64,000 bases of DNA from positions 513,008-577,007 of the forward strand of contig JAVLKG010000003.1 in NCBI GenBank assembly GCA_032128875.1, given 5' to 3'. The notes below the pieces were generated by a model that saw only the letters and a program-made list of their open reading frames with translations, did not search any database and was not told the DNA's origin. The position numbers and the translations under genes are program-made. This document shows, piece by piece, positions 41,059 through 48,711 of the stretch (positions are counted from its first letter, which is position 1; each line of letters starts with the position of its first letter). Origin of the DNA: Candidatus Melainabacteria bacterium 17Bon1m (GTDB taxonomy: Bacteria; Cyanobacteriota; Vampirovibrionia; Obscuribacterales; Obscuribacteraceae).

Positions 41059-41286
41059 ATGAAGGCAAATGCGTTATTGGTAGCGCTTATGATTCTTGGA
41101 TGCAGTTCTGGTGCTGCTTTCGCTCAGGAATCTGATGCCTCTGCACCGGCACAAACTGAAAGTACAACAACCTCGAGCGAAACGACTACAACCGAAGAGA
41201 AAAAGAACGACGGCGATACAAAGTCTACTGAAAAGAAAACGACTAAAAAGGAGAAGACCAAAAAGAAATCTAAGAGCACCAAGTAG
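41059..41286 (+). CDS. small secreted Thr/Lys-rich disordered protein
   Basis: GGAGGA SD; signal peptide ending AFA; Thr-rich then Lys-rich. Confidence 0.75.
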   Translation: MKANALLVALMILGCSSGAAFAQESDASAPAQTESTTTSSETTTTEEKKNDGDTKSTEKKTTKKEKTKKKSKSTK

Positions 41287-41312
41287 TTACATGGAAAGTG
41301 AGTCACCCGAAT

Positions 41313-41540
41313 ATGAGTAAAAACCTGATTGTGGGCATGATCTTGGGGTGTATCGTGCTCTTGAACGGCTGCGGCCAACAGAGCGGCGAAACCTCAACAA
41401 CCACTACAACTGAAACGGAGCAGACGACCACTGCAACCGATACTACAACTGATGCAACTTCCGACGATAGCTCGGAACAAGCTGCTGACGAAGAGAAGAA
41501 GCCGGAAGAGAAGCCTAAAGCAAAGAAAAAGGCTCACTAA
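41313..41540 (+). CDS. small Thr-rich lipoprotein
   Basis: LLNGC lipobox; T/D/E-rich body; Lys-rich end. Confidence 0.75.
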   Translation: MSKNLIVGMILGCIVLLNGCGQQSGETSTTTTTETEQTTTATDTTTDATSDDSSEQAADEEKKPEEKPKAKKKAH

Positions 41541-41561
41541 TCCAGCGTTTAGTCGATCTAG

Positions 41562-41596
41562 AGGGAAGCTGGTTTGGACCGGCTTTCTTTCTTTTT
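41562..41596 (+). terminator. intrinsic terminator
   Basis: GGAAGCTGGT-TTGG-ACCGGCTTTC plus T-run. Confidence 0.65.
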
Positions 41597-41622
41597 GTGT
41601 TTAGTAGCTCCGGCCGATCCGC

Positions 41623-42585
41623 TTACCGGAAGCGGAGCTTTAGTTTATTTAAAATGCTGTCGGTGTCGACATGTTGCTTGATGCGATCGGTGAGCCCGCG
41701 CACTTCATCCTTAACTGATTGCGAAGTTACTCCTGCAAGAGCACACGTCATAAGCGAATGTACTTGATACTCATAGTCTTCATTGAGCGCCATCATTAGC
41801 TCTGGAATGTTTTCGATGCGAAAGATACGCCAATCACCGAAGGAATTGTTTGGATACATTCCCAGGTTTACAATAATTTCTTTGCCGGCTTTCGGGCTAT
41901 TGAACTTAAATCCAACAATTGTTCTTGGATATCCTTTCTCGTCTTTGATCGTTTTCCACCCTGTCACGCCACGGAAGTTGTCTTTGGTAAAGCCGTATTC
42001 ATCGATAAGTAATTTTGCTTGAAACCCGATAATCTGCGGTGGAGAACCAAGTAGCTTTCCTGTGATGGTCTTTGGCTGTTGTCTTGCACACGCTGTGAGT
42101 CGCATGTAGGTTTCGTTTTTGAGCCTGCCGGTTTCACGACCAAGCTCTCGTCCTGCGGCTTGAAAAAAGCCTTGTAAATCTCTTGCCTTTGGCACTTCAC
42201 CGGCGATAACTGCATCAGCACCATAATTGAACCGCTGCCCTGTATATCGTCCTTCTTGCGCACCGGTGTTTTGTATTGCACTTCGAATCTTATTGATCAG
42301 TTGCGAGCGTAAACTGTCTTTCGCGAAGGCAAGCGCTTCTTCACCCGTTGCACGTTGAAGTGACGTGAGTCCTGGTGTTGTGCTCGCCGGTTTTATCAAC
42401 AAGTCATCGATCAAATTATCAACAAACTGATCGATATCGACCCGTTTTTCAAAACCTTCTAAATCATGTCTGGCTGCGGCGATACCAGCTTCTTGAATGG
42501 CATACATTGGCGTCGACATCCAGTAAAGATATCCGCCCAGTCCGAGCAGTATCAAACCAAGGCAAACGAAAATTAGAATCTTCAC
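41623..42585 (-). CDS. DUF2939-like membrane-anchored protein
   Basis: N-terminal TM then TPMYAI...A...D...VD pattern recalled from DUF2939. Confidence 0.6.
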   Translation of the reverse strand: MKILIFVCLGLILLGLGGYLYWMSTPMYAIQEAGIAAARHDLEGFEKRVDIDQFVDNLIDDLLIKPASTTPGLTSLQRATGEEALAFAKDSLRSQLINKIRSAIQNTGAQEGRYTGQRFNYGADAVIAGEVPKARDLQGFFQAAGRELGRETGRLKNETYMRLTACARQQPKTITGKLLGSPPQIIGFQAKLLIDEYGFTKDNFRGVTGWKTIKDEKGYPRTIVGFKFNSPKAGKEIIVNLGMYPNNSFGDWRIFRIENIPELMMALNEDYEYQVHSLMTCALAGVTSQSVKDEVRGLTDRIKQHVDTDSILNKLKLRFR

Positions 42586-42589
42586 GGCG

Positions 42590-44632
42590 CTAGTTTCTTG
42601 CTGAGTCGCCTTCAGAGACCTTTTCCATCTGCGGCGCTACGCCAGGGCCGAGAGCTTGTTTGAGCTTATCCAAACTTTCTTTGGCCGCTTGTATATAAGG
42701 ACCATCAGGATCCAATTTCACATATTTTTCGTAAGATGCAACCGCGTCTTGCTGATCGCCTTTTGCTTGATAGATCATACCGAGCGCATAGTAGGCATTA
42801 GCGTAATTAGGATCGATTTTGATGGCGCGATTGTATTCAATGATCGCGTCATCGGGTCTTTCCATGCCCATCAACGCAACGCCCAGATTGTAGTGAGCAA
42901 GCGAATTTTCCGGCTGCATTTGGATGGCTTTCACGTAAGCATCTTGTGCAGCTTGATATGCCTTTTGACCAAGATAGATGTTGCCGATATTGATATTTGC
43001 TTCTACCAAATTCGGATTCATTTCCAATGCTTTCTTGTACTGACCCAACGCTGCAGTCAATTCTTTATTGCGCTCAAGCGCCAATCCAAGGTCGTTATAG
43101 GCATCGGCAGAACGAGGATTGACTTGAACAATCTGCTGATACGCTTCAATAGACTGCGCACGTTTTCCTTGTTGTTCCAAATTCTCTGCAAGCAATTCGA
43201 GTACGGCCACGTCCTCTGGGTTTTTAGCAAGAAGCTGACGGTAAGTAACTTCCGCTTTATCAGCCATACCTGTTTGTCCATTCAAACTCGCCAGTGCAAG
43301 AATTGTGTTTCTGTCCGTGGGAGAAAGTCCGATCGCAGAATCAAGAGCAGAACGCGCACCAGCAAAGTCTTTCAACTTCATGAGCGTGTTGCCCAATTCT
43401 AAAAATGCTGCCGGATCTGTTCCGTCGATACTCAAACCTTGTCTGTAATACTCAACGGCAGTTGGTAGGTTGCCGCCAAGCAAATAGTTTCTGCCCAAGT
43501 TGATCATCGCAGTGCCGTCGTTCGGATTCGCAGCAATAACAGCTTTGAATTCGTTTTCAGCATCTCCCAATTTACCTTGCTTCTGTCTGATGATACCCAG
43601 GTTGTAGTGGGCGTTTACGAAATCTGGCTTGATGCGAACGACTTGCGTGAATGCGTCAGCAGCGCCATCGAGGTCGCCGGTCAATTGCAGAATGTAGCCC
43701 ATGCTGTATGCGCTATCCGAGTCAGATGGATTGATTCTGATCGCTGTGCGATATTCGCCGACCGCTTTGTTGAACTCTTTTAGTTTGGTATAAACATCAC
43801 CGAGCTGGGCATGCCATTCACCCTTATTGTCATTGAGTTGCAGTGCCGCTCTCAACTCATTTGCAGCTTCGGTGTATTTGCCGCGCATCGCAAGAGTGCT
43901 TGCGAGCAAGGCATGCACATCTGGAACTTTCGGATCGATTTTGACAGCGCGTGCAAAGGCATCTGTTGCGCCATCAATATCCTTTTGAGCCAAAAGGCAG
44001 TTTGCCAGGTTGTATTGCATGGAGAAATTGTTCGGTTCGTGCGCCAGAATGCGCTTGTATTCTTGCGACGCGGCAGCGAACTGACCTTTGTCTTGCAGTG
44101 AAGCAGCTAGTTGTGAACGGGCTCTGAGGTGGTCTGGATAATTTTCGACTACGCGTCGAAGCTCGTTGATGGCGCTGTCCAGATTGCCCTGAATGCGGTG
44201 TGCGATACCAAGGTTGAGGTAGAACAATGGAATGTCCGGGCGAAGCTTGATGGCTTCTTCGTATTGCTGAATTGCTTCGTCCATTTCGCCTTGACTTTGC
44301 AAAAGCGAGCCTAGCGACTCACGGGCAAATGCGTCATAGGGGCGAAGTGAGATAGCGCGTCTGTATTCGGCTATCGCGTCATCGACATCACCGTGTTGGT
44401 GAAGAACAGCAGCCAAGCTCAAATGCACCAGCGGATCTTCCGGGCAGTTCAATGCAAGCGCCTTAAACGCGCTGAGAGCATTGTCTAAATCGCCCTTCTT
44501 GAAGAAAGTAACGCCTTGATAGTACTGCTCCAGCATAGGCTTGGACATGCCTGCGCTTTCTTTGTCTGCGGCCACTGCTGCAGTGCCTGCAAGAGCTATC
44601 GAGATTGCCAGAAGGACCGATATCTGCCTCAC
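42590..44632 (-). CDS. large secreted TPR-repeat protein
   Basis: GTG start with AGGAG; signal peptide; continuous 34-aa TPR units (AHYNLG, AYNDLG) over ~600 aa. Confidence 0.9.
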   Translation of the reverse strand: MRQISVLLAISIALAGTAAVAADKESAGMSKPMLEQYYQGVTFFKKGDLDNALSAFKALALNCPEDPLVHLSLAAVLHQHGDVDDAIAEYRRAISLRPYDAFARESLGSLLQSQGEMDEAIQQYEEAIKLRPDIPLFYLNLGIAHRIQGNLDSAINELRRVVENYPDHLRARSQLAASLQDKGQFAAASQEYKRILAHEPNNFSMQYNLANCLLAQKDIDGATDAFARAVKIDPKVPDVHALLASTLAMRGKYTEAANELRAALQLNDNKGEWHAQLGDVYTKLKEFNKAVGEYRTAIRINPSDSDSAYSMGYILQLTGDLDGAADAFTQVVRIKPDFVNAHYNLGIIRQKQGKLGDAENEFKAVIAANPNDGTAMINLGRNYLLGGNLPTAVEYYRQGLSIDGTDPAAFLELGNTLMKLKDFAGARSALDSAIGLSPTDRNTILALASLNGQTGMADKAEVTYRQLLAKNPEDVAVLELLAENLEQQGKRAQSIEAYQQIVQVNPRSADAYNDLGLALERNKELTAALGQYKKALEMNPNLVEANINIGNIYLGQKAYQAAQDAYVKAIQMQPENSLAHYNLGVALMGMERPDDAIIEYNRAIKIDPNYANAYYALGMIYQAKGDQQDAVASYEKYVKLDPDGPYIQAAKESLDKLKQALGPGVAPQMEKVSEGDSARN

Positions 44633-44958
44633 CTTTTCACTCCTCAGCGCTGATTGACAACGTGGAATCCAAATCAAAATTCAGTTGGGGTGCCATTCAA
44701 GGCCACAAAAACAATATTATGACCGATGATGCCCCGCTAAGAAACCCATCATTACTAAATCGCATGCTTTTCAAGGGGTTGGCGGTACTCGGCGCAATCA
44801 CCGAAAATGCTGTCCTTACCTGGTTTTGCGAAGATTTCTAAGGATTCGAACTAAGACACATTGCACCACAATTCTAGTAACCCGGAAGGACTTAGAGTGT
44901 CTTCCATAGATCTTGTGACAGCAGGATATGGAAAATGTTTCTGACTTATTGGAATTAG

Positions 44959-45012
44959 AATCAGAAGTTTTAAATCAGGAGTTCCAATCAGGAGTTCCAA
45001 ACCAGGAATTCC
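44959..45012. repeat. 13-14 bp intergenic tandem repeat
   Basis: AATCAGAAGTTTTA / AATCAGGAGTTCC / AATCAGGAGTTCC / AAACCAGGAATTCC. Confidence 0.75.
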
Positions 45013-45053
45013 ACCGAAGTCGGCTAGCATTTGTTCGAAGCCGCTCTGATGCC

Positions 45054-47993
45054 TCAAGCGGTTGGCTGGGACTGCTCTCCTGCCTTCTTCTTTCTTGTAA
45101 AGACCATCGCCAGTAAAAGAAGAGAAAGCGTTCCAAGAGCAAGTCCTGACCCTAGATAGAAGCTTAACGGGCGATAAGAAAATTCGACGACATGTTTGCC
45201 TGGTGCTACGGCAACCCCGCGAATAGCATAATTCGTGCACAGAATTGGTGTTTTCTTGCCATCAACCTCCGCTTCCCAACCAGGGTAAAAGTAGTCGGTA
45301 AAAACTAGCAAGGAGTCGCCTGCGGCATCGCAGTCGATGCGAACATTGTTGGGCGAGATGCGTTCTACATGCGGAACAGGCCCGTTGAACGAACCTTCAG
45401 GCAGCTTGTTGTTCGCCAGCTTTTCAAAAAGGCGTTTTTGACCTTCATCAAGAACGTCCATCTTTTGGAATATTCTGCAGAAGTCGGAATCACAGGGCTG
45501 CCACGTTTTGTCGTCAATTTCTACTATTGCAGTTTGGCGTGCCGGGAAGTCCGGCGATAATATTTTTTGTAAGGCTTCCTCACCAGTGCGGGCCGGCACG
45601 ACCTGCCCGACTAGGTAAGCCTGTGGCAGCGCGGTTGTGTTTCGGTAAATGCGAATATGATCTTCGCCAATTTCATGGAGCAATTGAAAGCGTTTTCCAT
45701 TAACAGAATTTGCAGCAGCAACAGTGGCTGGAACAGTCCAAGTGCCAAGGTTATAGACGTCACTAGTAGTCTTTTGTCCATCTTTGAGAGGAAGCAGGAA
45801 TGCAACTTTCGTGGAGTCGAATACTTTCACTCCAACCTGAAATTGTTGATTGGATTTAAGTGATTCCGGCAGTGGTGCCGTGAAGTTAAAACGGGGTTTG
45901 AAGAGTCCCCTGATTGGTGTGCTGCCGCCAAACCAGATTGGGTTGCCCTTTGCATCAGAGATGATCGGGACATAGTTGTACCGGTCAAAGGGTTCTGCTT
46001 TCCCGCGCGGAATCTTGGCCTTAGTACCTTCCTTTACCAGTTTGTTCCGCTTTTCTTCCGCATAGCGCTTAAGTACCGAGCGTCCATTTACATGCCAATC
46101 CAGACTTCCAATCACTTCTCTATTTTGAAAATCGATTGAGACATCCGACGCGTTAAGAACGATGCCGCCTTCGAATACTGCTGGTTTTGACACCTTAATG
46201 CACGTGTCCTTCTCCAACTCTTCGTCAGCGGAAATCGCTGGCGATAAGCCAATCACGTAAGCCACGCTGAATAAATCGAGAAGCTTGGATTGCTCCCTGT
46301 CTTCGGGCAGTATGTTGAAGAAATCGACATGCAGGCGCGCTTTCCGCATGAGGTCGTAAAAGCGTTTGTGAAAGGCTGCATTGTGCTGGGCAAGACTGCG
46401 AATGCCATAGACGGCATTGCTATTTGCCGCTAAGACGGAAAATCCTAATGGTGCCACTCGTTCTCCAGTTTCTTTCAAGAGCTTGTGCGCTGGTGTCAGT
46501 GCGAATTCAAAATTTGGACGAACCGGCAGTGCGTTCCGACTTACAAGCAATTCGCTTAAGAGGCACAAGCTGAGCGCTGCGATCGATAGCTGCGTGGCAG
46601 ATACTTTTGCAAGTCTATAAACCACAATGACGCCTATGAACGCTAGCGATATGAAAAGGTCGGTTAACCAGATTTTGGCTTGCAGTCTGACTTGGGGAAG
46701 TTCTCCTGCGAAACTGAGGCTGCTGAGATTTACGTGGCACAGATTTAAAATCTGAGGCAAACCCAGAGCAATTGCCAGCACCACTGACATTGCGAGCAAG
46801 CACCGTTTTGATTTAAGCGCATCCTGCCGGAGTGCATCGACACCAAAACCCAAACCAAGCGCAATCAGTATTAGAAAAGAAAAGGAGTAATATGCGCCTG
46901 GTATCAGTTGTAGTGGCGTTCTGCTTGAAAGCCAGCCAATTGGACCAATCGAGCACATAACTGGATAGATGAGAACAGCCGATGCTGCAATGCAGTGAAA
47001 GATTTTTTGCTGTTGATCTTTAACGAAAAACGCTGCAGCAAGTAACGGCAAAGCCAAGATACCGAACCACGGAGATTGAGGTCCCAAGCCTGGATGCATC
47101 AGAAAGTAGGGAAGGCTCATCCAGGGGAAGATATCTTGCTCCAAATTGAATTTGTAGCAAGCGCATGCCTTCATAAATTCTATTGCCGGAAACAATATCG
47201 GCGATGCTAAACATGCACTCAAGACGCCAATGCAAGCGATGCCGAGGAATGCGTTACGAACGGTTGTGACGCGCGATTCACCGGAGTGGTAGACAAAGAC
47301 CAATAACAGCACATAGAGAATACTCGCCGCAAAAATGCCTCCAAAAACTATGAGCGGATGCCCAGTAAAAATTATCAGAGCTGTCATTGCGGCAGCGAGA
47401 GCTAGCCGAGGCACACTGTTTTTTTGCGCAGCCCGTATAAATGCCGCAAATAAATAGGGACAAAGTGTGTATGTTGGACCGGCCATTAGTTCCAGGTACG
47501 TCAACTGATATGGTGACAAGGCATAAACAGTGGCCACGAACATGGAGCTGAGGACGCTCAGGCGGAGAATTCTTGAAAGCAAGAAACAGCCGATAGCGCC
47601 GCAAGCTACTTGCAGGAGAAGCACCTGGTTGTAAAACGCGATAGTTGGGCAGAGGCTAGACAATATACGCCACGGCGAAAAAATGCAGGACTGCAAGTCG
47701 CCAATCAATGGAAAGCCAAGGCCCACATACGGGCTCCATAGCGGCAAAATTCCGTCGCGCCAATACTGCCCGATGGTCACAAAATTGGGCGCTTTCAGCA
47801 AATAAAGTGATGTATCCCAGGCAAAATAGGCTGATGGGTCACGGAATTGGCTGTACAAAAGGTCTCGGTTAGCCAGCAAGAAAGTCTTGGAAATTGGCAG
47901 GTGAAGAATGAATGTCTTGTAGAAGAAAGCCAACAAGAACAACGCGATGCCGAAAACGGCAAGCAATTCCTTATGCCGGCGAATGAAATTCAT
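45054..47993 (-). CDS. YfhO-family (GT-C type) polytopic membrane protein
   Basis: PLWSPYVGLGFPLIGD, GHP, many TM helices, YRNTTALPQA, YPGWEAEVDG, GKHVVEFSYRP + terminal TM. Confidence 0.88.
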   Translation of the reverse strand: MNFIRRHKELLAVFGIALFLLAFFYKTFILHLPISKTFLLANRDLLYSQFRDPSAYFAWDTSLYLLKAPNFVTIGQYWRDGILPLWSPYVGLGFPLIGDLQSCIFSPWRILSSLCPTIAFYNQVLLLQVACGAIGCFLLSRILRLSVLSSMFVATVYALSPYQLTYLELMAGPTYTLCPYLFAAFIRAAQKNSVPRLALAAAMTALIIFTGHPLIVFGGIFAASILYVLLLVFVYHSGESRVTTVRNAFLGIACIGVLSACLASPILFPAIEFMKACACYKFNLEQDIFPWMSLPYFLMHPGLGPQSPWFGILALPLLAAAFFVKDQQQKIFHCIAASAVLIYPVMCSIGPIGWLSSRTPLQLIPGAYYSFSFLILIALGLGFGVDALRQDALKSKRCLLAMSVVLAIALGLPQILNLCHVNLSSLSFAGELPQVRLQAKIWLTDLFISLAFIGVIVVYRLAKVSATQLSIAALSLCLLSELLVSRNALPVRPNFEFALTPAHKLLKETGERVAPLGFSVLAANSNAVYGIRSLAQHNAAFHKRFYDLMRKARLHVDFFNILPEDREQSKLLDLFSVAYVIGLSPAISADEELEKDTCIKVSKPAVFEGGIVLNASDVSIDFQNREVIGSLDWHVNGRSVLKRYAEEKRNKLVKEGTKAKIPRGKAEPFDRYNYVPIISDAKGNPIWFGGSTPIRGLFKPRFNFTAPLPESLKSNQQFQVGVKVFDSTKVAFLLPLKDGQKTTSDVYNLGTWTVPATVAAANSVNGKRFQLLHEIGEDHIRIYRNTTALPQAYLVGQVVPARTGEEALQKILSPDFPARQTAIVEIDDKTWQPCDSDFCRIFQKMDVLDEGQKRLFEKLANNKLPEGSFNGPVPHVERISPNNVRIDCDAAGDSLLVFTDYFYPGWEAEVDGKKTPILCTNYAIRGVAVAPGKHVVEFSYRPLSFYLGSGLALGTLSLLLLAMVFTRKKKAGEQSQPTA

Positions 47994-48368
47994 AAGAAAT
48001 GAACCAAAGACCTTATTTAGTTAAAGCAGTAAAGCAAAATAACTATTGTTCTACATGAACTATAAATAGATGTGCCTGCTTGCGGCGGGGTCGGATTGCG
48101 CTCATTACCAAGAATAAGTTGTTACTATTGGTGGTAGTGGATGGTGAGTAACGCGTGAAACGCTCGAAAATTGCCTCTTTTCAGAGAATCGCAGATGAAT
48201 TTTCTGGTCATAACGTGAGTTTTGCTCCCCAAGAGCCGGTTACAAAATTCAAAGTGTATATAGTGCATATTCCTTGCCCGGTAAGGGTTTTCAGCTGCGG
48301 GATGTCAAGGTTCCCATTTCTTTCTTAGACAGGTTGGCTAATAACTGACGTCGTTTTTTGGACAGGTT

Positions 48369-48403
48369 GCACATTGTCCTGAATGTGCCATCGGGTGTAC
48401 ATT
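48369..48403 (+). promoter_or_regulatory. candidate sigma70 promoter overlapped by palindromic operator
   Basis: TTGTCC-N18-TACATT; GCACATT-N6-AATGTGC overlapping the -35. Confidence 0.4.
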
Positions 48404-48409
48404 TAGAGA

Positions 48410-48711
48410 AGATAGCGGAAGTGAACCGGCATCCAGTGCGCACAAAAATGCGTCCGCATGCGCGTTCATACGTCTATCTAAGGTGACACGGACCAACCTC
48501 GTTAGGGAGCAGTCCTTTTATGCGTAAGCTACGTAAAATCAAAACACCATTCAGTTAGCGTAGCCTGTTGGCGTGGGGCGGCATTACTGCGCCCAGACTT
48601 GGACTTACAACAAACAATGGAGAGAGAGCTCTAAGAGGCTTTCTCCGGAGTTACACACACCAAATACGGTAGCAAGCACAGCTTGTGACCGAGTTTCAGG
48701 AAGGTTTTTTT
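48410..48711 (+). promoter_or_regulatory. structured 5' leader, candidate cis-regulatory RNA
   Basis: At least five hairpins identified by eye across the ~300 nt before the aminotransferase ATG. Confidence 0.5.
48520..48558 (+). CDS. candidate leader peptide MRKLRKIKTPFS
   Basis: AGGGAG SD 10 nt before ATG; 12 codons + TAG. Confidence 0.35.
   Translation: MRKLRKIKTPFS

Noticed and set aside
44959-45012. CRISPR array
   Set aside because: Repeats are 13-14 bp, contiguous, with no spacers or cas genes
48143-48158. GGTGAGTAACGCGTGA matches a conserved 16S rRNA stretch
   Set aside because: Only 16 nt; flanks do not continue as rRNA; plausibly chance
48615-48705. Glycine riboswitch (GGAGAG...TTTCAGG resemblance)
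   Set aside because: Lacks the conserved CCGAAG element and a clear P1; an Rfam scan would be needed to exclude it fully
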